Source: Tubulanus polymorphus
Taxonomy: Eukaryota > Animalia > Nemertea
Length of the DNA stretch: 64,000 nucleotides
Reading direction: 5' to 3'
Assembly: GCF_964204645.1 (NCBI RefSeq)
Contig: NC_134027.1
Span: 10,448,485-10,512,484, forward strand
Under the pieces are notes generated by a model. That model saw only the letters and a list, made by a program, of their open reading frames with translations, ran no database searches and was not told where the DNA came from. Each line of letters starts with the position of its first letter. The first letter of the stretch is position 1. The position numbers were made by a program, and so were the translations under genes. Below, one piece after another: positions 27,273-41,119 of the stretch.

Positions 27273-30200
27273 CTACGATGCACAAAGGAAAGATTTCAAT
27301 TATAGTTAAGTTTTCACAAGCTGATCGTCAGTTTATAGCAGTTAAGTCAATAAAAATATTCAACTAAGTGATAAGGCTAGAGCGAGCGTATAGTTAAAAA
27401 ACGGAGAGAAGTTTATACAGTGGCGGAGATAGTGTGGCGAACGAATCAATCACAGATTGCACCCTCGGTTTCCTTTTTCTATTTCCGATACCATTTAAAC
27501 ATCTTTCCTGTCACATCACGACTGCTTTAATGGCGGGTGTAAATGTAATTACGAATGTCCTGAGCGCTAAACATGTTCTATTCGCCGTATAAATACTGGC
27601 TAAATGAGCCTCACAAGATCCTGATAAAAATTCGATTAAGTTTCCGCCGTGATTCCGTCACCGGGTGCGTATCTTCGTCTGCTTGCTCGCGTATGTCAGT
27701 GCGCATTTAAGCTCTATTGTTCTTCGTAAACGGTTTTGTCGTCCGCCGATTCAGCGGCTGACTCTCTAGGGGATTCGATGAAAGAGCTTACGTGCTGGGG
27801 CTCGGTTGAGAGAATACCAAAAGTCGGAGTAGATTCGTCGAAGTTTATTCCCCACAAAATTATATCGCCGGGGAGAGAAAGCATTGTGCACGAGAAGCTA
27901 AGGAAAATCTACGCGATTTCTCGTAGAAGCTATATGTGCATATATACGAGCAAGATATTTCCGTTGCTGGTACAAATCTAAGAATTAATTTTTATCAATG
28001 CAAACTTTTCAAATCCTGTCTTGATCGATGCGCTTTGACTGATCACACAAGGCGACGGATGCATTTGTATGCAAGACTGACAATAACGCGCTTACGGGGA
28101 CGTCAATACGAAACAACAGGGGTCGTGGAAATAAGTCGAGCAAGATGACGTTTTAGCGACAAAAAAATATCTAACATACCTTGTGGTCTCCAGCTTGTGT
28201 GGGATGCATCTAATCCGGCTGGCTTAGTCATTCCTGGTAATGAACATGCACTGGGTGCATAACCTAAAAAGAAAAGAAATTCATCTTTAGAACTTTCGCA
28301 GATTATTTTAGCCCTTTTAGGTTTTCGTATTGGGAGCTATATATCACAATTCATCATGAATGCAGCATTCGGTGCCTTGCCTTTCCTTTTTGTTTTTGGC
28401 TCGTTAATTGATATATTTTTGTCTTCATATTTTACATCATAATATTGTAAATAACATCGGAAATGAATCAATATATATCAAGTGCCAAAATGAATTTGCA
28501 GTTTTGGTTCAAGTTAATTTATAGCGTTAATTAAGTTAGGGTCCCGGCCATCATCGGATTCTCAGAACATATCCTCATCGGATCCTCTGAACATATCAGG
28601 CCGAAAGTTAATTAAAAGTATGGGCATTGACCGATTTCATTTTTCACCAAAAGTCGGTTAGCGCGTTAGGGGTTCGACGTTGACACTGACAATATTCTTA
28701 GATGCAATTACTGGATCCGGAGTGTATTAGTAGTAGCGGCACTTCGGATTTCGTCGGTGATTTTTTGATTAACGGCGAAAAGCAATAAAACAAAATCTTT
28801 CCGCCGCGTACGCGCACGTTCGCTGAGCAAACTTATTTCAAATTACATAAAACACGTGCGCGCCGCCCGAACGTCCGCGTTCGACGAACAGAAATTGATA
28901 TAACGTCAACAGTACTCGATGGTTGATTAGCCTCGAAGAAATCGCGAAAACTGCTCTTCACACGAAAACCCTCAGTCGGCCGATACGGCGACGTTTTAAC
29001 GTGGGAAATCGGGTCTAATTATTGCCGAACGGCGCTACGGCCGATCCCTGCGCTCGTGTCGGGCTCCTCGACCGCACGTGAAACATCTTCGAGCCGTATT
29101 TAGCCAAGAGAAATTAAAATCCCTTTAACTATAAGCATATACGTATTCTCGACGATGTGACAAGTTTTCTCATGTCTTATACCAAGTGCGTGGGATGGGC
29201 TCGGATGACGTATAATTTCATCCCAGATATCAGATATGATATTGAATTGCATCGACCGCCTCGGTTATCGATTATCAAAACTTTAAGATAACTTTAAACG
29301 CAAAATAACAGACATTTCTTATTTTCCCACCCGTATGTTACTGAGAGACTAATTTCAGGAATGGTCGGGTTGCGTTTAAGTATGATGAATAATCTTGTGA
29401 GGGCGTAAATCGGCCGCGGCCAGGTTGGGCTGGCTGGCAACAGTATTCCGGGTAAACAGACCGGAATTTGCGATGTATCACTCTCGCGAAGGATGAATAC
29501 GAATTTGTTTGATCATCTAGATTCGTCAAATCCGTACAATAATTTAATAACATTTCCGTGACGAATGTACAAACAATCGACTACGACGGACGCGCCGGGT
29601 TCAACACGTTAAGTCAATATGTCGTTCTGAGCGACAGGTGCACGCAAAATGCCTCGACTTTACAACGCAAATAACACGACCACCGTCGGCAGCCGACCGA
29701 CGCGCAGGATTTATCAATTTATCAAATAGATAGATTCTAATTAAAAGAAGCTGCATGATTTAATGTTTATTTAATGGATCCAGTATTGTATACAACTATC
29801 CAGCAGGCGATCACAACTGGTTGCGCGCGCGCGCGCGCCAGCGAACGAGCGGGAACGTATCAATTCACGTTTTCTTTTTTGAGTATGTTTTTTGCAAACG
29901 GTTTCGGCGTCAATGCTAAACACAAATGGTCTCAGTATTTTTACGCCTATCTTATCTATTATTCTAAATGTATTTTCTATCTAGAAATTCAAAGCTAGGG
30001 AATTTGTACAAATAAGGTGCAATATATTTTTCAAAGCGTAACAACCTAAAACAATATGACGTCTGAAAGTGCATCTTCACAACTCTATCTGTACTTTGAT
30101 TTCCGATTTCAAAATCTAACCCCCTGTTTCGTTCCCGGCAGGCGTGGCGGGTTTGTAAGCGAAAAAAAGAACAAAAGCAAACCAAACGAAATCTACCATT

Positions 30201-31049
30201 CAGATAAATAAAACGGTCAATCGCTTTTTTTTTAGAAAATCTTCCAGAGCAAAAAGTGCTAAAATTTCGATCGTGTCAAAGACTTCTTTATCGGTTAATT
30301 TCTCGAATTTGAAGAAACATAGGACGAAACGAATACGTGAATATTTTCGCTACGTTTAGTGATAAGAATATTACTTACCAGGACTTTGCGGACTGGTCTG
30401 CGGGGTCCACGGGGTTTTTCCATATGGTGGTTCTGAAAAATAATCGACGAAACCACATGAATATAACCACATATACAAATTAGCAATTGATTCAAATAAA
30501 TAAGATAATAACACAATCAACAATATTCGATATACGGAAAGAAACATGATCCTGTAACTAAAATGTAAAACCGATTATACCATATCCAGTTGAATTTATC
30601 TAAATATATAGGAAGCTAAATTATCATTTAAGAAAAATGAATGACATGACACAAGTGAACATATTGATGATATTTGGCTATTTCGTTAATGACCTCGTCT
30701 TATTTCGGAAGTGTAGATAAAAGAGCTAATCGTTGAGATAAGTGGAATCTCGTAATTGAGATTAAGGCATTTGTTATTTATTTCTATTCATTTCAATTAA
30801 CGGTATTTGGACCGAATGTTTTTCAACCATAAACAATTAACTCCTTAGCTAAGGATGTTATATATTCGGGATGATAAAGAAATTATAAACAAGACAATTC
30901 TTACCTGGAAACATCATGCTGGGAATGCCTCCGAACGTGCAGGCTCTGTAATATTCCTGGTGTTTCATGCTTTGCATCGAAACTTCCTGAGGTCCGCTGT
31001 TAAACGAATACGATTTCATGTTGTCGTAGTTCTGTTCATAAGATATCAT
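26737..31049 (-). CDS. ERG: ERG/FLI1-subfamily ETS transcription factor (Ets65A/D-ETS-3-like), spliced model join(complement 30905..31049, 28180..28263, 26737..27272), ~254 aa
   Basis: The ETS domain [17 protein letters not shown]...[50 protein letters not shown] is the ERG/FLI1 signature. The C-terminus [13 protein letters not shown] matches vertebrate ERG ([12 protein letters not shown]). Both introns are GT-AG and phase 1, giving ...[41 protein letters not shown]. Confidence 0.9.
28180..28263 (-). CDS. ERG: ERG/FLI-like gene, internal 84-nt exon (G)[27 protein letters not shown]
   Basis: Strong acceptor atttcttttctttttag and donor CAAG|gtatgt. Open frame, phase 1-1, compatible with both neighbouring exons. 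Confidence 0.85.
28549..28597 (+). repeat. Two-unit ~24-bp direct repeat in ETS intron 1
   Basis: CATCATCGGATTCTCAGAACATATC / CTCATCGGATCCTCTGAACATATC. Confidence 0.7.
30075..30200 (+). mobile_element. Repeat family C, partial copy (ETS intron 1)
   Basis: GTACTTTGATTTCCGATTTCAAAATC...CCCGGCAGGCGTGGCGGGTTTGTAAG. Confidence 0.75.
30905..31049 (-). CDS. ERG: ERG/FLI-like gene, probable first coding exon [48 protein letters not shown]
   Basis: ATG at 31049 with an in-frame TGA upstream at 31137-31139. Consensus donor CCAG|gtaaga at 30904, phase 1. Promoter-like motifs lie just upstream. Confidence 0.75.
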
Positions 31050-31294
31050 AAATATGGATGATAATGTGTAGTTTCTGATTTTCTTCGGCGCGAGTCGGAT
31101 CGGATTTAGACGGCTTTTTCCGTAGCTCGTCTGTTTTCATCAACTAAGTTCCGTTGTTCCGGTAGGTGCGGATGAAGATAAGTGTCACTTGTCGGAACGT
31201 CCTGCTTTCGCTATAACGTGGATAGATGGATATAAACAAGTTGACACTTTCCAGCAATATTTGTAAGGTAATCATAGCAAATTAGCTGGCGTTT

Positions 31295-31440
31295 GCTTCA
31301 GCCAATCCGCGCGCTTCGACACCGGATTCTGGCAAGCTATTGGCGACAATAGGCGTGGCGGAGTCGCGTGGATGCTTGATTGACGTCGCATTATCGATGG
31401 CTGTTAAGAATGCGCGATGAACGAGGCTTGGGCACGTGGC
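31295..31440 (-). promoter_or_regulatory. Candidate proximal promoter of the ETS gene
   Basis: CCAAT at 31302, ATTGG at 31339, CRE-like TGACGTC at 31381 and E-box CACGTG at 31433, in a CpG-rich patch 250-390 bp upstream of the predicted ATG. Confidence 0.45.
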
Positions 31441-34400
31441 TTTTGTTGACATCCGATGGGAGAAGTAGCCGGGATTCGGCTAGGACTGCAATTCCCACGG
31501 CAGGTTGACGAATCTGGGTCCAGCTCACCTAGCCGACACACGCCGTGCGCCTTGTACCTGGATTTGTTCTTGCGCTGTGACAGTAAACAACCCAGCGCAA
31601 CGACGTAAACGCAACAAACAGGCCGATTTTAATGCGTGCTAGTGTCTTCGTTGTGTCAAAAAACGCGTGCCATACACCGTGCTGAAAGTCATGGAATTCT
31701 AATATGATTGTAAGTCCCATGGGAAAGTTTAGCGAATACTCGACAAAATCCATCTTCAACGGAGTTGAAAATATCCCGCAGTACGTGGTCGTATTGATCG
31801 GATCGTCGGGCGCTATTATCAGCGACGCATGTTCGTTGACGTTCTCATTTTTTCCCACATTGACCGTATCAAACACGTACGCAATCTTTGACACAGACAT
31901 TGAACAAGAAGAAACATTCATCAAGAAACCAAAGTCCGCCCTTCATGAAGATACTTAATGACGGAAAAGATCATGCAACGTGCAAATAGAGATTGTTTCT
32001 GTTCGCGTCGAATGAACAAAAAAGATATTCCTTTGTAGACACCTTACAAATGGTACTAGTTTAAAAATACTCTGCTAGCAGAATGTAATAGATTTTATTC
32101 CTTACCCGAAAACACTTAGAAAAAAGTCCGCTAAAGTTGACAAGTGCAACGCACAGTAGATTTTTCAAAAGTTAGAAAGCTACTAAACCCCCATCAAACA
32201 AAGTCTTTGTTTCTTTGATGATGGGATTTACTAGTAACCTCGAAACTTTCCGCAAATGAACTTTTAAGATGTCTAATGTGGATTTGTACTTGTTAACTTG
32301 AAACTGATGAGAATTTATCAGTTTACCAGTCATCTACAATAGTTATCGTATTTCTTCACGCAAATTTCGATGAATTTTCATTTGGGTTTGTATAGTTAAG
32401 TCGATCTTTGCTCTTCAAAGTTCGAATTCATTTTAAGAAATTATTGTTAGTCGACTGCCATGGTCGATATTTGAAAAGGAATGTATTCCCAATACGTGCG
32501 GATGATGGGATATCAAACCGATATTTGTCTAATACATGTGATCTGCGTGGTTTTTGATGCAACTCGTCGATGTATGTATAGACATTACTGCCAACCTAAC
32601 GACGATGGTAAATAAATTCACACCTTCCTCAATTGAAGCACCGTGCCCCTTTCACTGGTGTTTCCCGTTGCGGAGGTTGCCCCAACAATCCTTCATAATG
32701 TACCTGTTTATTACATCTAGCTTTGTCTGAAGCCTATGAATAATTTATTCAATATAAAGATTGGCTGACCATTAATCCGCCCGCGACCGAAGGCTATTTT
32801 GTTTACGGGGCATTGTCGACGGTCGTGTTGGCCACGGATACATCTATAAACAATGTTGAATTAGATGGAAGCCAACTTTCACACCGACTTCCCCAACAAG
32901 TACTGTGCGTTACCGGCCATGGAAGTGCCATAGGCAAATCGTGTGACTTCATTTGAAACGGCGACGACGTGTGCCTCGCCATTCAATGCGTGACCGCATA
33001 AATAAATTTATGTTAAACGTTTAAGGCTTTTGTTTTATCGGGCGACGATAATGCGCTCACCATTCAAGCTGTATCGCTCGGTTTGCACACGCTAACGATA
33101 AAAAGTAAAAGCAGGTATCAAAACGTGCGCCGTCAATGCGACACCTCAGTTTTCACAATCGACTACAAAAATAACCGCAAATTTCAAATTTCCCCTGTCA
33201 TAGAAATTATTACGGAAATTAATAGCTCGGCGGCAAAGGACAAAACGTTTTGTATCTGCGCTGACAAATAATGGAAAGAAAACCTTTGCAGGACAGTCAT
33301 AAGTGGTATTTTCTTTGGTCACGAATTGATAAAGAGGTTTTCAAGTCTTTCGTTTGAGAGTCCGTCCGTGGACAAACATATCAAATCTAAAAATGTTACA
33401 AGCATTACAATTTAGTCGTCTCCAAAAAGGAATTTCTCGAATTGCAGACAATTTCGAGTTAAGAGTAAGTTTAAAATCTTATCATATGTTATTAGATGTT
33501 ATCATATGTAGCGTATAAAACACAAATCCAGGAAGAAAGACACTCTAAATATTTGGATGGATATATGAAAGCTGCGGGTACTGGAGTATGTAATGAATGG
33601 GTAGTGTAGTGTGATCTGTGTGCATTTGTGGCCAGCACACAGATCACATTGTTCAATGGGGTTTGGTCCAGGACTTGCGAGATTGTCAACAACACGGAAG
33701 TAACGTGTAATAAATGATGACTTGAATTGCATGACTACCTACCACCCCTCATTATTGTTGGAAAACTAAACGTTCGGCACTGACTAAAAATTAGTAATAA
33801 CATTTTAGAAATGGCCAGAATTTTAACTTAGGTTCTATCTCATTTTTATTTTACAATTGCGATTGGTATAATTTTTTTTTAATCGGCCGTTAAGGCTTCA
33901 TGTTTCGTCTGCAATTCACTGCAAATAGTTACGCAACTACGCACATTTCAGTGATTTTGGTAGCTGTACACTCAATCGGCACCGTTCGTGACTAGCTTCA
34001 CTGCGGAATTATCATTAATTAACATCGCCATATCACATCATCAACTTATATTGTGCCTTAAAGCCCTTACAGCCGAAATAATTGAAATGCACACACGATT
34101 TCTAACATTGAAAATTGAGAGAGTGGCCATGTTTGTGTTTGCTGCTTCGCGTAAATCCCGCGCGGTGGCGCAACCGCGCGGAGTGGGGCCGATACGTCCA
34201 GAGAATCCCAGGCTGACGACTGATTTGGAAATTGAATATCGTAGCATCAGTATCTCATAACTGAAACTCAGCTTTACTTGAACGCCTGACCATCGGTTCT
34301 GCGTCACGACTGACCACTTGACCAACGGACAAGCCCGAGATTAACACTATTGAGGCGGCAGGCGGTGTATATGTAGGCCACTACTTTACCCAGTTATTGT

Positions 34401-36499
34401 TTGGTTAGCTAATGGCACGCGGATTGAGAATTGTTTCTGGAGAGGATTTCCAAAGAATTACGCGTATCATTGCCAACTATTTGTCGAGGATGGTCACTTG
34501 AATCGGCTGATGATTATATTCGAATCGTGTCAACGGACGCTGACTGAAGCGATGAGGCTAGCAACCGTTATTACAAATTCAATACGTATATTTGCGAGAT
34601 TAAGCATTCATTTATTCAAGCCGAATGATGAACCGGTGAGCGGCAACGCGCCTTTTCACTTAGGAACGCAACTTCATTCATTGTCCTATTTTCGTTATTA
34701 AAATGACCCGACCACTTCTACAATCGAAACGGCGTTCTACAGAAAACCTTTAAATGATATAGGCTTTGGTGCTTGTCCCAGTTCATAGAGAAGTCATATC
34801 TCTTACTATGATTTAGAATTAGTATCTCGATTCAAGTGGAAATCGACGCCTAGAAGTCTATCAAAAGTCAATGTCTAGTTAACTTAAACTTCGCGTCATG
34901 ATGTTATCGTTTGAATATATGTATAGACTTGATGATGATAACGAAAATCTTTGGTTAGATTCTAATCGATTTCTGGGTTTAAGGATGAAATGGAATACAA
35001 ATACGAATACGAACTATTGCACTCCCATTTCTATGGTTTAAGGAAGAAAAGAGTATTTACAATTTATTACAAAAATAGAAAATAAAAGTGTTTTAAAACA
35101 TAACAAACGTTTTGAGAACGTACTATTTATGATATGTGATGGTTCACTGTACATTAGCGCTCCTGGTGGATCCTTGATTGCCAGAGGAGGATTATTGAAC
35201 TCCTGCTGGTGCTCGTGGAATGGAGCAGAATCGTTTGCATTTAATGTTCAACAATGAACAATCAAGATAATTCACGATATTCTCTGAAAAGAAAGAAATA
35301 TTCGGCTCAGTTGAGCGAAAAATGTTATTCATAGCGGTTCTAGATTATTCGCCGGCGCTTTTTGCCCCTTCCGAGTCGCCAATCTTCGGGGTGTGTGCGT
35401 GTCACGACGTCCGGCGAAAAAAACCCGTCACGATGATGTAAGCGTAGAAAAAAGTCGGCGCGTTCTAGCATGCAAATTAGGCACTTAAACAACGAAATGT
35501 TGATTCTGCATAATTTCACTGTTTACAAGATTCGAATAAAAGAACAGGAAAAGACGACGTCGCCGGAGCTATTACCCATCAATTCAGCGGGCTATTATTG
35601 TAGCGACAGTCGAGCTATTATTTCGTTAGATTTATGGACTGCGATGATCAGAAAATCTAAAGAAAACAATGCCTCATAACAAATACACTTCGGTCATGAT
35701 AGCGAATTGGTCTTTTGTGTGTGTAATTTTGGTCGTCATTCGCGCTGGATATTTTTTCCCCCGATTCGACACCTGTATTTACACAAGCTACTCAACGTAC
35801 GTACGTCGACGCTTCTGCTATCTTAATCCGTGCAACGATTAGGTTAAAAAATACGCATTCACTCGAAAGTGCCAAAATCCTGATTGTAATCTGCCTACGA
35901 GTAAAAAATAAGGCAATGTAATGGAAATTGAATTATTTCCTGAATGAGAGATCCAGTTGAAGAGCCACTGGTTCTAGTGGACTTGAATAGTTTTGGCGAT
36001 TGGCTTCGTAGCTTTTTCTAATAGGTCCTCTGTAGGATATCTATGAAAAACTGACAGTCTAAAAGTTAAAACGATTTACATAATTTCTAAATGTCACGAT
36101 GTTCGGTCTCCCTCCAAAGAGTGCTAATTTCAAAAGAATTTATAGAATCTGACACGGAGATCATTTAATTAATGGCTCTAAACCAAAAAGTAATATCAAA
36201 CGATCTCCATTTCGGTTTACAAACGTTTGGGCCGGCCTCGCAGTCGAGTAGGATGAACCAACTACGGAAAACTTAGTCAATAAATATCCGATGACGCCCC
36301 GGTTTCCCCATGTCACAGGAAGGAACTTCAGCGTGATGGAGGGAACTCGTTTATTTCCATTCCGCTTCCCCGAGTCCCGCTGACTGGTTACAGCGCTATC
36401 TAGCGAGCAGCTTACGATCGCATAGTATATCAATATACCATAAAACGTCGATTTATATTTCAGAATATTTCCGAAATGAAAAAAGAGCGTTTTTTCTAA

Positions 36500-36772
36500 T
36501 CTTAAATAGGGATTGCCCTGTAATGTATTTGATCGGTAGATTTCGTTTGAATTTTTTCATTTGGTGTCCCTTACAAACCAACCACACCTGCCGGGAGCGA
36601 AACGAGGGTTTGATTCAGAAATCGGAAATCGAAGTACAGGTATAGTTTTGTGATCGGTGGTCGAGTTTTACAGAATCTTTTGTTTAAATCGAAGCACATA
36701 ATTGGGAAATTCGATTCCGGTTCATTCAACAATCTCCCAACCAGTCTGAACCGGCAAGCGAGTGATTGAGAT
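36500..36772 (-). mobile_element. Repeat family C copy
   Basis: Reverse complement of the 10131-10387 blocks. Confidence 0.85.
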
Positions 36773-38469
36773 TAATCTAGTTGGCTGCCAACATTTTGAT
36801 AGTTTTTCACGTGTCTGTCGCATCTCCCAGACATAACCAATCCAATCTGTTCTATTTCCACTAAGTGCTTAAAATAGAAAACGTTTAAAAGGCATTGCGT
36901 GTTGGTCACTCTAGTCGTACGCCTCCATATCTCGTGCTGGCCGAAGCAAACGGCCAAAGTACAATCTGCTGGCGGATGATCACTGGTAAACTGATATCAT
37001 TGCCGACGAAACTCAGGTAATGTTGTCTTTTATTCGGCGCGCGGTGGTTTAGACCCACGCGGTAGTTACAAACCGTCGACAATAAACCAATTGAAATCTC
37101 CTTAAACATTTGACTTCATTATCGCAAATACTCTGCCGAGATTGCCGCGCGAGAGGAGCTAATTTAGCGCATAGTCAGGCCATTTCCAAAGAGAATTGTC
37201 AAATACCCCATTATCGAACCATCCGTTGGGGCCATAAAAAAGAAAACAGGATGCTCGACGTTACCATCCGGTTTTTTTCACTTATTCCCATCACGCAACA
37301 CAAAAACGAAATATCATCTATTATTCGATGGGTCACAGATGAAAGTCAATTGAATAAAATGGTTTCTGATTATGCTAGAAAAACAGTCTGGACGGAACGT
37401 ATCCGAAGTCAGTTTGTATGTATCGAAATAAGGGTGTTTTGTGCACCTGACATCCAAATACGCGACGGTTCAATTTGATTAATGACATTCATATCGAATT
37501 ATGCCAAAATATGGCACCTGCCAAGTAGAAACCTTTTCAACGAGGAAAATAGCTGACGAAATCTGTCCTATTTAGCGAAGACCAATTTTCTGGCGATCTA
37601 TTTCGTATTTGGCTTATATCGACGTCAGGTATTCCCCCACCTGCCTGTCGACTCAGCTGTCGAAATGTTCGTTCGAATTTGACAGTTATATCCCATTAAA
37701 TCCGCCCATCAACGTTCCAGGATCTCTGTGTCGCGTCAATGACCCAAGCGGTCGATGGAGAACTTTTTGAAACGCGTTAACAAAAGGGGAACAGCCGTGA
37801 ATGAACGGGCTATTTCTCCAATTGGCTCGACGCGGGCAAACGACGTGGCCTAGAAACCGAACGAACGACACAGAAGAACATATTAATCGTTCGTGCTAGC
37901 GGGTTTTTGTTTTCTCTTCATAATAAACCAATCTTACTTGATACAAAAGCTTTGAGCCGAGAGCCCATTATCAATGACGCGAATTCGATCTTTCAAAACG
38001 GTAAAGTGTCCACTTTCAGTCTCCCTTTGTGTATTATTTTCTGGGAGGAGAGCAAGGGCATTAATCCCCAGTGAAGCATATGTTTGTTCTTTTCTGATCC
38101 ATCATAACCAATTACGTTGGCCGTCCAGGCGAATACGCGACGCGTGCCGGACGAAAACGAAGTTGCTTTGATCCGGTGCATGTCACCAAATATTTATTGC
38201 CAGTCAAGTTAGTTCGCCGTATTCGTTTTTTGAGACACCTTAATTTCTGGCTTTCGGGTGATCTCATCCGTATTAGATGATTATTTTCTCGATTTTCCAT
38301 AAATCTTCGTTGACACGCAGACGAGTAGAGTTCGTCGCCGGAGTTCTCTCGGCGTGGCTAATCGTGCGTCGCCGACGACAGAAATGTTCGGAGTACCAAT
38401 CTGACAATATAAATCTTAATATCGTATATCTTTACCAATTACGAATGTATATGTTTTTATTTCGGTTTT

Positions 38470-38738
38470 AGGTAGAAAACCCCCTAACAATTTTACAATT
38501 TTTGAATGTCCTCCTTTGAAAGTCCGTGTAAAAGAACTCGGGTCAAGATTATTCGAAATTTTGATGCAATTTTTATTTTTTTTTTGAAAAATGAAAAGCA
38601 ATCCATTCTCAAATGATTTATTCAGGTACGTATTTAAGATCTATCCTTTGTCAATAGGATAGCGTCCCTTTTGACAGTGAAAAAGTGCAATTTTTCCCGA
38701 AATAGAACTGTCCCTCATAAAAGCTTCGCACCGGCCTG
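38470..38738 (-). mobile_element. MITE family E copy
   Basis: AATAGAACTGTCCCTCATAAAAGCTTCGCACCGGCCTG is the reverse complement of the 24075 start. Confidence 0.72.
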
Positions 38739-39762
38739 CTTCTTTGTTATAAGTATACAACCAGCTATTCTTACGGTTAGAATTTTATTGAAAATATTGT
38801 TTATGAATAAGTTGTGCAGTTGAAGATACATTTTCATGATCCCGACCTATATCGTTCATCTACACTCAAGATTCAAAGTCTATTGGCTCCATATTTTACC
38901 CAAAAAAGATTGAGCACAGACTATTCTGTCGGAGAATTCGTGTCATTACAAGGTGACCAAAAACAATTTTGCAGGAGTTTTTGTAGGTACATACATTGAT
39001 ATACATGTAATACATTCGCGCTTCAAAGAAATACGTGTACATCCTTCTCAAGAGAAAAAAGGGAACAACAAGAGAAAAAAACTTTCAGGTTTAATTGCAG
39101 ACGCAGCTTTATCAACGTAAGTTTGACTTGCACGTCTTCGTGTGTCGCCAGAATCGATGCGGCTTCTAAAATTTCCTCCTCGTCTTTGTGTCAGTTATGA
39201 ACACCCGATAAAACAGCCCATATCCAAATGAGCGTGCGTGAGTATACACAATTGAAATGACTCTTATCTATCGGGCCTCTGTCACTTTCAGCGTGTTAAT
39301 TTGTATGGGTAAACAAACACGAAACGTCTCTTCACGGATATAGACGAGCTAATGCGCTTTATTACCGAAAATAATCGTCAACAATACGCTTTTTTCGACC
39401 ATTGTCTGATGTGTATACTTTTCGAGCGAAATGCGCCAGCGCAGAAAAAGGTGGGCGTCCGGGTTGTTTGATTTGCCACTTCATTTCATCAAAAAGGGCC
39501 TGGGTTTTTGGACGGTTCAATTGAAGCTGTTGCCAACCCGGACTGGGTTTAGAAGTGTTTAGTACAAAGCCGAATGTTATGCAAGTTAAAAACGATTTCA
39601 TTCCCTATCAATGTTTCATGGCGTTTCAAGAATATCTAATTAGTCGATTTTCTTAAGTATGAGCAGTGGATGAGCTGTCGTTTGAGTAACGCAGTTATGA
39701 GTTCAGTTTCATTCTAGAGTTGGACTTTCATTTCTAATTGATTCAACCATGGTTCAAATCTT

Positions 39763-40038
39763 AAGCCGCGATCACACGGAGACGATTTTGCGCGGGCCAA
39801 ATTAGACGGTTCAGGCCCGTGTCAAATTTGGCCCAATCACTCACTCGATACTAAATAATACTTAGACAAAGCGAAGTGAGCCACTTCCTGAACTAATTGC
39901 ATTTGTTCACCCGCAATAATTTGACCCGTGTTAAAATTTAGCCCGGACCTGGTCCAACGTTGGCCATTTGGCATCCGTGTAAACAATTGTTCCGGGCCAA
40001 ATTGGCACGGGCCAAGAATGCTCGTGTGATCGCGCGGC
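39763..40038 (+). mobile_element. PIF/Harbinger-like MITE family D
   Basis: TIR AGCCGCGATCACACG...CGTGTGATCGCG with internal GGGCCAAATT/AATTTGGCCC subrepeats. Confidence 0.8.
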
Positions 40039-41119
40039 AAACGCAAATCGGTGTTAGAACAGACCGGTGGCGATGTCTGTATACGGAGATTTATTTTTGG
40101 TTTCGATACACAAAGAAAGTGCATTATGGGCAGGATCTTTTTTATTATCGAACCGAACGAGAAAAAATTACCGGAAAACCTCGAGGTGCGATGCCATTAT
40201 AGGGTACGTTTTATGTAAGACGATTGTAAAGAAACGCCGTAGCGCAGCACGAGACACGACATCAAAATAAGACTCGGTACTGTCAATTTACCGAGAGATT
40301 ATTCCATACCTTTACAATACATCAAAGTTGGCATCGATCGCGGCGAAGTAGCTGATGACTGAATTGAAGTCTTCACAACCCCGATCGGTGGTGTCGAGAC
40401 AGGATTGATTACTCAAAAGCGTAATTAACGGTAATTGCTACCCTATCGAATACGACCAAAGAAATGGTGATACGCGCAGCTATATATGATATTGGGGCTG
40501 CAGTTCCTGTGGCGACTGCGGTAAGAATCATTCATCTCGCTGGAGAAATATAAGATATCAAGTTTATCCAGGAACGCCAAGAGGAAATGATATATTAATA
40601 AACATATGACAGATATTCGTGTTCATGATATTATTAAAATTCATGCATATGATACTAGGATATATTGAAATTGCTGCATGTAATGTTCCAGAGAGATAAC
40701 AATAAGTAACAATTCAAGGCCTCTCCCTCATCGTGTCACATGTAACAAACCACGATCCATCCTTACGCCATTCTTTGTTTTCTACCCCGCTTTCATTGGG
40801 ATTCGTGAACACTACCGTAATGGTAAGAATGTTTGGCCTTTTTGCGATCTTCAACTATTCTCGCTGAATCTATATCAAATCTTCTAAAATCTTAACTCTA
40901 ATTCAATCTATCTTTTAGCGCTGTTAATAGTGAATTACACTTTATAAACCAGTAGATAGAAATATTCATTCGTAAATGTGTGGAATTGTGGCATCAATGT
41001 CTCTGAAAATGAAATAACTTTTGAAATTCGTTTTGCGATCATTGTTGAAAACATCGAAATTGCCAGTCGTTAATACGTAAGCGATTTAATTTGGCGACAA
41101 GTACAGTCAACGAGTCAAA

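Noticed and set aside
26758-27367. Plus-strand ORFs of 71 and 84 aa
   Set aside because: Antisense shadows of the ETS exon.
27792-27898. Possible missing DPYQ linker exon in ETS intron 2
   Set aside because: It has AG/GT-like ends, but the required frame contains a TAA and there is no similarity to the ERG linker.
29338-29553. Possible alternative first exon of the ETS gene (MLLNYCTD...)
   Set aside because: No phase-1 donor compatible with the 28263 acceptor before its stop, and no recognisable homology.
35016-35040. miR-92-like sequence TATTGCACT
   Set aside because: Only the seed matches; the rest differs from miR-92 and no hairpin partner is evident.
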